Virus record (IMG/VR): IMGVR_UViG_2541047916_000008
Reading direction: 5' to 3' (one strand)
From: a virus
Lineage: Duplodnaviria > Heunggongvirae > Uroviricota > Caudoviricetes
Length of the DNA stretch: 45,879 bases
A program made the position numbers and the translations under genes. Below the pieces are notes generated by a model that was not told the origin of the DNA, made no database searches, and worked only from the letters and a program-made list of their open reading frames with translations. This document shows, one piece after another, positions 1-8,087 of the stretch. How positions within the stretch are numbered: position 1 is the first letter of the stretch; each line of letters begins with the position of its first letter.

Positions 1-435
1 ATGCATCTAGAAGTCTCTATTAATCCAGAAACTAGAGCTGAATTTTTTGATGAAGTTTTTCTCAAATTCCCGGAGCTAGAGTCTTCTATCATTGATGATT
101 TCAAGAGATACAAAGCAACCGGTGAGCTTCCGCATTATTTCGGTAGGGACGTTGCGTATACTCAGCCTTATGGTGCTTTTCGGGCTGGGTTGATGCATAT
201 CCATCTTTGTCTACCGCCAAACAAGTTTCCCGAGAAACTTCCACAACCGGATAGGGTCTGCAAGAAAGGTGATCCTGATAATGATGCTTGTCTTGTGTAT
301 GTCCAAGGTGAGCTTTATGAGAATAAATATTCACTCATTGCTATTATGTATCCCGATGCACATGAAAAAGCAAGAAAACATGATGTGATGAGCTATCTGG
401 CGCGAATTGCCCAGAATTATAAAGATGAAAACTAA
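1..435 (+). CDS. YafO-family type II toxin (ribosome-dependent mRNA interferase family); start may be truncated by window edge
   Basis: Track ORF 1..435; motifs FGRD..Y, HIHL, LVYxQG, LIAI..P..H..AR match my recollection of E. coli YafO; cognate antitoxin would lie upstream, outside the window. Confidence 0.6.
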   Translation: MHLEVSINPETRAEFFDEVFLKFPELESSIIDDFKRYKATGELPHYFGRDVAYTQPYGAFRAGLMHIHLCLPPNKFPEKLPQPDRVCKKGDPDNDACLVYVQGELYENKYSLIAIMYPDAHEKARKHDVMSYLARIAQNYKDEN

Positions 436-456
436 CCCGCCGAAGCGGGTTTTTTG
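436..456 (+). terminator. Rho-independent terminator after toxin gene
   Basis: cccgc-cgaa-gcggg hairpin followed by a T-run, immediately after the stop at 435. Confidence 0.6.
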
Positions 457-461
457 TGAGA

Positions 462-761
462 TTAGTTATTTATTTTCCTATTTGTTCTTACCCTCTCCCA
501 TTCAATTCTGCCTTCTTCACGCCGTTTATCTATATATTCAGCAAGATCCTGAATGTTGATGCAGCGCTTTGCTTTCTGTGATGTACCAACACGATAAGTC
601 GGGATCGGCAACTGGCATGCATTTGCTTTCGCTTCTGCTGTGTTAGGGCTCATACCGAAATACTTTTGGCATACAGCTGACAGCTCAATGTTTGGGGTAT
701 TGAATTCAGCCATCAGTAAAAACAAGGTGTTCATAATTTTCTCCATCAAAACCGGCTGCAC
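462..761 (-). CDS. Small phage regulatory protein, PrtN-like (pyocin-activator family) DNA-binding protein; last gene of leftward early operon
   Basis: Track ORF; N-terminal MNTLFLLMAEF... and overall size recall PrtN-family proteins; assignment from memory only. Confidence 0.35.
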   Translation of the reverse strand: MQPVLMEKIMNTLFLLMAEFNTPNIELSAVCQKYFGMSPNTAEAKANACQLPIPTYRVGTSQKAKRCINIQDLAEYIDKRREEGRIEWERVRTNRKINN

Positions 762-770
762 CCGGGAAAA

Positions 771-1346
771 TCATAATTCTGTGCTGGTGGCAGGAATTAA
801 TTTCTGCCAGATAGCGGAAACATATTTTGCCTGATGACGGGCATCAGCCAGGGCGTTGTGCCGTTCGCCATCGAAAGGCATGTCCATTTTGGGGTCGAAT
901 CCGATGGAACGCCCAAGCGTAACGATCGTGCGTACATCGTGGTCATTCCAGTATGCCCACGGGCAGATTTGTCCTGCTCGCTCATAAGCTCCACGTAAAA
1001 TTACGTTGTCGAAGGTGGCTCCGTTACCCCAGACTTTTAAATATTTCGTATTGTCTGCGTGCCGGTTAATGAAATGATTTAGTTCTGAGAGAGCATCGCT
1101 GATCGACAAAGTATCATCAATACAGATTGCAGCTCGTGCTTCAGGGCTTTGTTTCAACCACCACAGGATGGTATCGCCGTCAGGTGTAGCTCCTAGCTTC
1201 ATAGCACTGTCCAGGCTAACAACCGTATAGAATTCTTGTCCGATGTCTCCGGTTTCTGGAGTGAAGAACACCGCGCCAATGGAAACGATCGGTGCATCCT
1301 TATTTTTCCCCATCGTCTCAAGGTCGATCATTAAGTTGTTCATCAC
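771..1346 (-). CDS. DEDDh/DnaQ-like 3'-5' exonuclease
   Basis: Track ORF; N-terminal IDLETMG (exo I motif), H..ALADA near C-terminus (exo III motif); ATGA overlap with upstream gene. Confidence 0.6.
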   Translation of the reverse strand: MMNNLMIDLETMGKNKDAPIVSIGAVFFTPETGDIGQEFYTVVSLDSAMKLGATPDGDTILWWLKQSPEARAAICIDDTLSISDALSELNHFINRHADNTKYLKVWGNGATFDNVILRGAYERAGQICPWAYWNDHDVRTIVTLGRSIGFDPKMDMPFDGERHNALADARHQAKYVSAIWQKLIPATSTEL

Positions 1347-2152
1347 TTCACCTCTTGTGATGGTTTTGCTGCAAAATACTCGATACCTTTATCCCAGATA
1401 GATTTTATGGTCGACCACGTGACTGGCACTTTAATTTCAATACGTCCGCTCCCGTCACAGGTATCGCAATCATCATCGCCAAAGCATTCCAGGCAGCTTA
1501 TAAACGTAGTTTCTGAAAATTCACCGGATAGCGCCCCCTTAGCGCCGTTCTCGGCTGTTAGTCTCTTCGGCACCATAACCCAACCATCCGGAGTTACCGG
1601 AGAGTTGCCAGACAGTGCGTTCTGCAATCGTTCCAGCTTAACGTATTCCTGAACCCTGTTTCCGTCGCACGCCTGAAGCCATTGCACAGCCTTTTGCGCA
1701 TCAGTGTGAAAGGTACAAGTGCGACCGTCATCAAATTGCATTTCGTAGAGGTCAGCAACCTGTTTAAACTGCGTTTGTGGCAACTTGTAAGCCTGGCTTG
1801 CAGGTACGGCACCATAGAGCATGGCAGCTCGGCAGGCGTTCCAGCCTTCATCAAAACCGACTATGCCATTATTTAAAGATGGACGAGCATCTGGCACCAC
1901 CGGCACTGGCTTGGCTATATATAGCGGCTGAACATACCAGCCCTTTGATAACCAACTGTCAGCAATGTTTTTACTCCTAGTTATTGCCGGAATACCTAAG
2001 CCATTGTCTGAATGCAGCCATGCCACCGGATCCTCTTCCAGCGATGCCAGAGCAATTTCATAAGCACGGCGCTCAACATTGTCTCGCACGTCCATGCTGC
2101 TGATTCGTTCTTTGATTTCTTTAATCAGTTCTTTATCGGTAAATGTGGTCAT
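1343..2152 (-). CDS. Hypothetical phage protein with C-terminal Cys-rich (CxxC...CDTCDGSG) zinc-ribbon-like motif
   Basis: Track ORF, translationally coupled on both sides; no family recognised. Confidence 0.45.
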   Translation of the reverse strand: MTTFTDKELIKEIKERISSMDVRDNVERRAYEIALASLEEDPVAWLHSDNGLGIPAITRSKNIADSWLSKGWYVQPLYIAKPVPVVPDARPSLNNGIVGFDEGWNACRAAMLYGAVPASQAYKLPQTQFKQVADLYEMQFDDGRTCTFHTDAQKAVQWLQACDGNRVQEYVKLERLQNALSGNSPVTPDGWVMVPKRLTAENGAKGALSGEFSETTFISCLECFGDDDCDTCDGSGRIEIKVPVTWSTIKSIWDKGIEYFAAKPSQEVK

Positions 2153-2514
2153 TATGCTCCAGCCTCCGGTGCTTTTGGCATTACTGCCCAGTGAGTGATA
2201 TTGACGTTTTCAAGGTCCCCGACCTGAAATGTCCACTGCCATTCTCCGGTTTCTTTTTGCCCCCATGTATACCAGAGAGAACGCCAGCCAATCAGCCAGC
2301 CTTCTCCATTAGCATCAAATAACAGAATACTTTCATTCGCTGGCGGCAGTTCAGCTGACACTGGTATTACTTTGTTTTCCAGTGCTGCACATTTAGCTTC
2401 AAGCGCATCAAATTTACGCACCAGGTACTCAGCATTTGTTTCATTCACTTTCAGATCTCGTGGTACACATTTCCCGCGAAGAAACCCTTCCATTTCGAAA
2501 ACATTCATGCGCAT
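2152..2514 (-). CDS. DUF551-like phage protein (YfdS-like, 120 aa)
   Basis: Track ORF; Trp-rich C-terminal half typical of DUF551; same length and position as yfdS in the CPS-53-type module. Confidence 0.45.
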   Translation of the reverse strand: MRMNVFEMEGFLRGKCVPRDLKVNETNAEYLVRKFDALEAKCAALENKVIPVSAELPPANESILLFDANGEGWLIGWRSLWYTWGQKETGEWQWTFQVGDLENVNITHWAVMPKAPEAGA

Positions 2515-3041
2515 TTGCGTAACTCCGATAACTCGTTAAAACGTTCCATAAACATCCCATAGGCATGGCCTGGCGACAGTGGAATAACTTTGAACATCTC
2601 TGTTGCCGGGATACCTTCCAGTACAGGCCAGAAAGAGCCATCATCAAGCCCGAGATCGCGGCGTTCGGTTGCCAGCATGATGAGATCGGCATATTTCACG
2701 GGCGTGCTCATAACCGGGGGTAACCCGTATTTCTCACGGATTACGGCGTCTATTTTTTCTTCCATCCGTTTATAGTCAGGAAGAAGGCGTTTCAGTGGCG
2801 CGGGGATGTCCTGGCAATACGCTTCTGTTGCATCATGCATTAATGCTTCAAAAGCAAATTCCTGCGGTACCAGCTGGCTGCAAAGCACCGCATGTTGGGC
2901 GACGCTGTAGAAATGTGAAAGATGTCCTGCAAAGCGACAGATATTTGAAAGAGAAACCGCGATATCGTTAATAACGATGTCGTCTTTATTTATCCTGTCA
3001 TAATAAAAATGCTTCCCGGAAAAAGTTTTAATAAATGACAT
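2505..3041 (-). CDS. HD-domain phosphohydrolase (YfdR-like 5'-deoxynucleotidase family)
   Basis: Track ORF 2505..3068; start moved to second Met (MSFIKTF) which has a GGAG RBS 7 nt upstream; HD-type metal-binding motifs (H..H...HD). Confidence 0.55.
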   Translation of the reverse strand: MSFIKTFSGKHFYYDRINKDDIVINDIAVSLSNICRFAGHLSHFYSVAQHAVLCSQLVPQEFAFEALMHDATEAYCQDIPAPLKRLLPDYKRMEEKIDAVIREKYGLPPVMSTPVKYADLIMLATERRDLGLDDGSFWPVLEGIPATEMFKVIPLSPGHAYGMFMERFNELSELRKCA

Positions 3042-3168
3042 TTTGTTCTCCACGTATATGCGCTGCACCGCGCTGAATTCTGGTAAAAGGAAGCCCTCAC
3101 CATCCGGCGATTATTGAGTTAATTACGTTTCCATAAATGCCCCCGCAGGGGCATTTGCAGTAATGAAA

Positions 3169-3993
3169 TCAGGCGGTGAAAGTACCAATAAAGGTTTCTA
3201 CTTTGCTGTCTTTGAATTTCTCAACAAGCAGATCACGAAATTCGTTAGCCATTTCTTCCTGCACTGCTTCCAGCTGAATAATGCGCAGAACCAGTACAGG
3301 ACGATCGCCAGTGATAATGCTGAGGCGTAATTTAAATGGACGTTCTTTCAGACCTTCAAACGGAACGCATTTAAATTCAAATGCCACTGGCATAATATCT
3401 TTGGTCTTCGCTTCGACAGACTCCATCAGGGAGCGTTTGCCGCTGAAGTCATTATCTTCAAAATCAGCGGTCTGGTTTGCTTCAATCGTGATTTTACGGA
3501 CAGCCGCAGCCGCTTTTGTTGCCTGAATAGCGTCACCATTAGCATCAAAGCCCACAAGGTAGTCGGCCCAGTCTTCAATCCATTCTGCCAGTGACTTCTG
3601 GGAGTTACGCTCGCCATTAACAGACAACAGAGCAGAGAACGGTGCTGTCTTTTTCAGTTTGAGAGTGGCGGTGTTATCTGCGTGACCTGGTTCATCAATA
3701 GTACCCAGGTTAATCACACTGACGGCTCGCATATTATCGGCATCGATAAAGCAGCGGGTGCCTTCATCTGCAAGATCTTTAGAATAACGGGTAAAGTCAT
3801 CGATGCTGGCAGTGGAAAGCGCACCACGGAAACGGAAGCGATTTAAATTAAATTTCTCCAGATCATGAATGCGGAAATTCTCAGGCAATGCCACAGCATC
3901 GGCACCAATCTTACTGATAATTTCATTAACACCCTGAGCAGAAATAAGGGCATGGATTTGATTAATTGCGGTTGCGTCTAAGTTCTGAGACAT
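3169..3993 (-). CDS. YfdQ-like (DUF2303) phage protein, 274 aa
   Basis: Track ORF; GAGG RBS upstream of ATG; length and context (next to HD hydrolase and 120-aa genes) match the yfdP-yfdQ-yfdR-yfdS module of E. coli cryptic prophage CPS-53, from memory. Confidence 0.5.
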   Translation of the reverse strand: MSQNLDATAINQIHALISAQGVNEIISKIGADAVALPENFRIHDLEKFNLNRFRFRGALSTASIDDFTRYSKDLADEGTRCFIDADNMRAVSVINLGTIDEPGHADNTATLKLKKTAPFSALLSVNGERNSQKSLAEWIEDWADYLVGFDANGDAIQATKAAAAVRKITIEANQTADFEDNDFSGKRSLMESVEAKTKDIMPVAFEFKCVPFEGLKERPFKLRLSIITGDRPVLVLRIIQLEAVQEEMANEFRDLLVEKFKDSKVETFIGTFTA

Positions 3994-4058
3994 AATAAGT
4001 CCTCACTATATAAAGATATTCAGTGATGAGATAAATAATCGGTTAATTAAGAACGATA

Positions 4059-4421
4059 TTAATGACCTGCTGCGCGGAGTTTTCCGTCAGGTTCACCGGC
4101 AAGAGTCAGTAATTGTCCCTGGTCTTCCTGCAGAATAGTCAGGCGACCACCGCGATTGACATACATCGGCGTTTCGGTGGTGTCTTCTTCGGAAATTTTC
4201 CCGCGGTTAGTCGGGCGAACATATGAGAGTTTGTGTTTGATTTTCACACGGTTCTCATCAAATGGTTCGATTTCCAGGTTGAGCGAGACCTTACCTTTGG
4301 TTTTCGTGTTCATCACACCGGAAGCGACTTCACTGAGAACAGCGCCGATTTTGGTTTCAAATACGCCGCCGTCCAGCTCCCCGATAAATGCCTGCACATC
4401 AGTACTGCGTTCGCTAGCCAT
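4059..4421 (-). CDS. Hypothetical 120-aa early protein (YfdP-like); first gene of leftward operon
   Basis: Track ORF 4059..4652 trimmed to internal Met (MASERST) preceded by GAGGAG RBS; upstream part of track ORF overlaps RNA hairpins and looks non-coding. Confidence 0.5.
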   Translation of the reverse strand: MASERSTDVQAFIGELDGGVFETKIGAVLSEVASGVMNTKTKGKVSLNLEIEPFDENRVKIKHKLSYVRPTNRGKISEEDTTETPMYVNRGGRLTILQEDQGQLLTLAGEPDGKLRAAGH

Positions 4422-4469
4422 TTTGCTGCTCCTCATCATATCGACCCTGCAAGGTCGGTTGGTTTCTCC

Positions 4470-4558
4470 ACAAAACAGAGAAGAACACCTGCGGTGACTG
4501 CCGCCCGGATGGATTGGGTTATGAGCCCGTCGTCCGGTGATGCTCTTCTCTGTTTTGT
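4470..4558. repeat. Perfect 15-bp inverted repeat (acaaaacagagaaga / tcttctctgttttgt) separated by about 59 nt in the leader of the leftward operon
   Basis: Read directly from sequence; lies 50-130 nt upstream of the first early gene start. Confidence 0.6.
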
Positions 4559-4604
4559 AAAAAGAGCGGTACCAGCCGGAAGCAAGTGTACAAACTGGTA
4601 CCGC
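4557..4604 (-). terminator. Candidate intrinsic terminator in early-left leader (tL-like)
   Basis: 10-bp GC-rich stem gcggtaccag/ctggtaccgc with 19-nt loop; on the minus-strand transcript it is followed by UCUUUUU. Confidence 0.4.
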
Positions 4605-5029
4605 CAAAGCAGTGGCTGTTGTGGTGGGGTTGTCACTCAGGCGTATGGTCAACCTGACAATCCGGTGTCCTCAACGGGGAAAGAGTAACCCCGCCATACT
4701 TACCGCCGCGCCATTTCGCGGATTACCACAACGCTGAGAGCACTTAGCCAGTTACGGCACCACACTTTGTCGCGGTTCCATAAATGCCCTCATCGTTGCA
4801 CCCTGGTCTCTTCCCAGGCGTCAAACCGGATCGCCACGCTGGTTAGGCGTCTTATCAGCATCCTCATTGACTTGCACATTCCGGCTACCTGGTTTGTTTG
4901 CCCGAGCAAGGAGTGGATTGTCCCCTTTAACGTCCCCAGACCGCTAACGACGCATGTGCCATACGCCGTGTTACAACCAAATTTTGTTAGTACCTTGTTT
5001 GTAGGTCTGGAGAGAAAGATAAAATGAAG

Positions 5030-5067
5030 TTGCGCATTATGCAAGTGTTTTATTGCGAGATAAGCAA
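5030..5067. promoter_or_regulatory. OL-like operator pair (two 15-bp TTGCG-N6-GCAA sites) with presumed leftward promoter
   Basis: ttgcgcattatgcaa (5030-5044) and ttgcgagataagcaa (5053-5067), centres about 23 bp apart, just downstream of the repressor gene terminator. Confidence 0.5.
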
Positions 5068-5079
5068 TTTGGTGGGTAA

Positions 5080-5101
5080 TGAAAAGCCACCTTCTGGTGG
5101 C
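5080..5101 (-). terminator. Terminator of repressor gene
   Basis: gccacc-ttct-ggtggc hairpin; A-run on plus strand gives a U-run after the stem on the minus transcript; about 25 nt past the cI-like stop. Confidence 0.55.
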
Positions 5102-5123
5102 TAATTGATGTTGAGGTAGGGGG

Positions 5124-5816
5124 TTAATTGTGTCGCTTAAGGGTCTGTGACTGACTGATTAAGACCTTTCCAAAGACCATAAACCGGTGTTCGTTTTCGC
5201 TGGTAATTCCCCATTCGCGGTAAATCTGATTATCAGAAATTACCAGCAGTTTATCAGGTATCATTTGCAGTCGTTTGACGTAAATTTTATCATCAAAACC
5301 AAATACATATATACCATCCCCATCAAACTGATTGATACTGATATCAACGAAGATGAGATCTCCTGGCTCAATGGTTGGACACATACTGTCCCCACGAACG
5401 TTGATAACTTTAATGTGATTTGCTGGTCGTCCACCAAACATCGATACAGCATTATCAGTTCTGTATTCAATGGCATGAATCACATCAATGACATCACCGC
5501 CCTGGATAAGGCCATTTCCCGCACTGGCACTGACATCCAGCATTTCAATACGGAATACATCCTTCACCTGCGCAACATCCTCACTAATACTGTTTTTACA
5601 TACAGTATTACTTTTGAGGTCTGAGGTAAAGAGATCAGCAATATCAACACCTAAGCTCCTGGCAATATTACTCAGGGCTTGTTCAGTGAATTGTTTCTGC
5701 TTACCTGTTTCGAGGCGCGAGATATTCGCCGCATCCACTCCTATTGCTTCAGCGAGATCGGCGATTTTCATGTTCTTCGCCTGGCGAAGTTGTCTGACTC
5801 GATTTCCTATGTTCAT
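5124..5816 (-). CDS. CI-like prophage repressor (HTH_XRE N-terminal domain plus S24 LexA-like autopeptidase C-terminal domain)
   Basis: Track ORF; HTH motif IADLAEAIGVDAANISRLETG; C-terminal G-DSM...K motif of S24 peptidases; divergent from cro-like gene. Confidence 0.8.
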   Translation of the reverse strand: MNIGNRVRQLRQAKNMKIADLAEAIGVDAANISRLETGKQKQFTEQALSNIARSLGVDIADLFTSDLKSNTVCKNSISEDVAQVKDVFRIEMLDVSASAGNGLIQGGDVIDVIHAIEYRTDNAVSMFGGRPANHIKVINVRGDSMCPTIEPGDLIFVDISINQFDGDGIYVFGFDDKIYVKRLQMIPDKLLVISDNQIYREWGITSENEHRFMVFGKVLISQSQTLKRHN

Positions 5817-5836
5817 GCGTTTATTACATTTCTTTA

Positions 5837-5878
5837 TTGCGCGTTAAGCAAATCAACTTGCGCAAAATATTTGCGTGA
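5837..5878. promoter_or_regulatory. OR-like operator region between repressor and cro
   Basis: ttgcgcgttaagcaa (5837-5851) matches the TTGCG-N6-GCAA motif seen at OL; further TTGCG half-sites at 5858 and 5871. Confidence 0.45.
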
Positions 5879-5913
5879 AATAATATGCTCATCACGCAAT
5901 ATGTGGAGGTTAT

Positions 5914-6174
5914 ATGCAATCACCATTACGGAATGTGCGTAAGGCGCACGGATTTACTTTGCAGCATGTTGCTGCGGGCGTTCAGGTCAATCCAGCGACG
6001 CTGAGTCGTATTGAAAGACTGGAACAAATTCCATCTATCGATCTTGCAGAACGTCTGGCCAATTTTTTTAAGGGTGAAATCAGCGAAATGCAGATTCTTT
6101 ATCCGGCACGTTTTCAATCTAGCCAAAACCAGAATGGGTTTAAACCACAGGAACAGGAGGTAAGCCGTGGGTAA
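5914..6174 (+). CDS. Cro-like HTH regulator
   Basis: Track ORF; GGAGG RBS; HTH FTLQHVAAGVQVNPATLSRIE; divergent from repressor. Confidence 0.65.
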   Translation: MQSPLRNVRKAHGFTLQHVAAGVQVNPATLSRIERLEQIPSIDLAERLANFFKGEISEMQILYPARFQSSQNQNGFKPQEQEVSRG

Positions 6175-6718
6175 GCATCATTGGAAAGTGGAAAAACAAC
6201 CTGAGTGGTACGTGAAAGCTGTCAGAAAAACTATCGCGGCATTGCCTGGGGGTTACGCTGAAGCTGCTGACTGGCTGGATGTAACAGAGAACGCTTTATT
6301 CAACCGCCTTCGTGCAGATGGCGATCAGATTTTCCCGCTGGGATGGGCAATGGTTTTACAGCGCGCGGCTGGCACTCACTACATTGCGGATGCTGTCGCA
6401 CAGTCTGCTGGTGGGGTGTTCGTATCGCTTCCTGAAATTGAGGAAGTAGAGAACGCCGATATAAACCAGCGCCTGCTGGAAGTCATCGAACAGATCGGGA
6501 ATTACTCAAAGCAGATTCGTTCGGCAATCGAAGATGGGGTCGTGGAGCCACACGAGCAGACAGCAATTAATGATGAGTTGTATCTGTCAATTTCGAAGCT
6601 CCAGGAGCATGCAGCACTGGTCTACAAAATCTTCTGCGCTCCAGAAAAGAGTGACGCCCGCGAGTGTGCAGCTCCGGGCGTCGTGGCGTTTTGTGTCTGT
6701 GGAGAAACTAACGCATGA
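6167..6718 (+). CDS. CII-like phage regulatory protein (CP76-type family), tentative
   Basis: Track ORF immediately after cro-like gene; size (about 180 aa) and position fit enterobacterial CII/CP76-family proteins; family assignment from memory. Confidence 0.4.
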   Translation: MGKHHWKVEKQPEWYVKAVRKTIAALPGGYAEAADWLDVTENALFNRLRADGDQIFPLGWAMVLQRAAGTHYIADAVAQSAGGVFVSLPEIEEVENADINQRLLEVIEQIGNYSKQIRSAIEDGVVEPHEQTAINDELYLSISKLQEHAALVYKIFCAPEKSDARECAAPGVVAFCVCGETNA

Positions 6719-6863
6719 ACAGTTTAACGGCAAATAACCGTTTGTCGCAACAGCTGGTGGTCAGTGTCGCTGAACACCTGTTGTTACGGTATGAATGCAG
6801 ATTACCAAATCACCTGGCTGTAAGTAACCACAGAGAACTTTACCTGACTGTGGGGGGCGAGTT

Positions 6864-7043
6864 GTGCAGGAACTTAACCGCTGGTTTCGTGACGGAAGAG
6901 GGCTTTATGTCCATGTTATTCGTTGGGAGCCAGAAACACAGCGCGTTATCTATCTTCGCAAAGACTACCCGCATGAGTGCTTTAGTCCTTTGTGGAAATT
7001 CAGGCATGATTTTGTTGAGTGTGAAGGACCACCAGCACATTGA
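6864..7043 (+). CDS. Small hypothetical ORF (59 aa, GTG start) not in the 60-aa track
   Basis: Own translation of the frame offset from the track ORF: VQELNRWFRDGRGLYVHVIRWEPETQRVIYLRKDYPHECFSPLWKFRHDFVECEGPPAH; G-rich RBS-like run upstream; terminator about 90 bp downstream. Confidence 0.3.
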   Translation: MQELNRWFRDGRGLYVHVIRWEPETQRVIYLRKDYPHECFSPLWKFRHDFVECEGPPAH

Positions 7044-7128
7044 TTCTGCCATTCCGGGACGTTACACTGTTCAGGCACCTTATAAAGCGGGTGCCGGGCG
7101 TGGAAACCCGGAATTCACCAAAGCGCAC

Positions 7129-7151
7129 AACCGCGCTCTTGCGGTTTTTTT
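7129..7151 (+). terminator. Rho-independent terminator inside the apparent N-terminal extension of the Rha ORF
   Basis: aaccgc-gctctt-gcggtt hairpin followed by T7. Confidence 0.55.
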
Positions 7152-7320
7152 GTGTAATGAGCAGCATTACGCCCAAATTATGGTGGGGCGTGCAGGGCCA
7201 ACTTCGGTTGGGCCGGGTTCTTTGGTGACCGGTATTTCCACCCCTGTACGTCTCACCACCAATAAGGTCGTGGAAAGCCTTGGTGGTGAGTTATTAAAAA
7301 TCACCAAAGAGGCTGCCATC

Positions 7321-7866
7321 ATGGCTACGATCCCAACCCTCACTCAACCTGAAATTGCCATCGTTGATGGTCAGGCTGTTACTTCATCCCTGGCTGTTGC
7401 CAACTTCTTCTCCAAACGTCATGACGATGTACTGAAAAAGATCCGCACGCTTGAATGCTCTGCATCATTCACTGCCCGCAATTTTTCGGTGAGTGATTAC
7501 ACCGATTGCACAGGCCGCAAACTACCTTGCTATCAAATAACCCGCGACGGCTTTGCGTTTCTTGCTATGGGGTTCACGGGTAAACGTGCTGCCCAGTTCA
7601 AAGAGGCATACATCAATGCCTTTAACCAGATGGAGAAACAGCTTTCAAATCCCTCTGTACTGAGCGACGTTGCACATAACGCCAGCGTTCTCTATTCCTA
7701 CATTTCATCAATTCATCAGGTCTGGCTGCAGCAGCTTTATCCTATGTTGGCAAAAGCCGAATCTCCGCTGGCTGTTAGCTTGTATGACTATATTAATGAT
7801 GCTTCGGCACTGGCCTGCCTCATAAATTTGTCGCTGAACCCTTCAGAGGTAAGGGGGCGCAAATGA
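7321..7866 (+). CDS. Rha-family phage regulatory protein
   Basis: Track ORF 6715..7866 trimmed to Met at 7321 (AGAGG RBS); N-terminal Phage_pRha-like segment (VDGQAVTSSLAVANFFSKRHDDVLKKIR). Confidence 0.6.
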   Translation: MATIPTLTQPEIAIVDGQAVTSSLAVANFFSKRHDDVLKKIRTLECSASFTARNFSVSDYTDCTGRKLPCYQITRDGFAFLAMGFTGKRAAQFKEAYINAFNQMEKQLSNPSVLSDVAHNASVLYSYISSIHQVWLQQLYPMLAKAESPLAVSLYDYINDASALACLINLSLNPSEVRGRK

Positions 7867-8087
7867 TCCGGAATATTTTCAAACGGTTTACCAATCAGAC
7901 TTTCCGTTGTCCTCGTCCTGGTCAGTGGTACACCACGCCTGCAGGGCATGTTCTACGTGTCAGCCTGGTTGACCGTGAATGTCAGAAGGTGATTTGTGAA
8001 CCGCTGGGCCGTAATTACCGCATCAGTATGCCGCTTATAGCCTTTTGCTCCGGAAAAAACATGAAGCATCTCGGAGGTGCAGCATGA
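7863..8087 (+). CDS. Small hypothetical protein (74 aa)
   Basis: Track ORF with ATGA overlaps on both sides (translational coupling). Confidence 0.35.
   Translation: MIRNIFKRFTNQTFRCPRPGQWYTTPAGHVLRVSLVDRECQKVICEPLGRNYRISMPLIAFCSGKNMKHLGGAA

Noticed and set aside
4422-4652. Upstream 77 codons of track ORF 4059..4652
   Set aside because: Overlaps the hairpin and inverted-repeat structures; peptide not protein-like; internal Met at 4421 has a GAGGAG RBS.
4790-5044. 84-aa minus-strand ORF considered as a possible N-like antiterminator
   Set aside because: Start would lie inside the OL operator; no Arg-rich N-type motif; only its last 29 codons follow an ATG and they lack a convincing RBS.
6715-7320. 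First about 200 codons of track ORF 6715..7866 (apparent long N-terminal extension of Rha)
   Set aside because: Contains an intrinsic terminator (7129-7151); the peptide is not protein-like; Rha-family domain begins at the Met at 7321 which has a good RBS.
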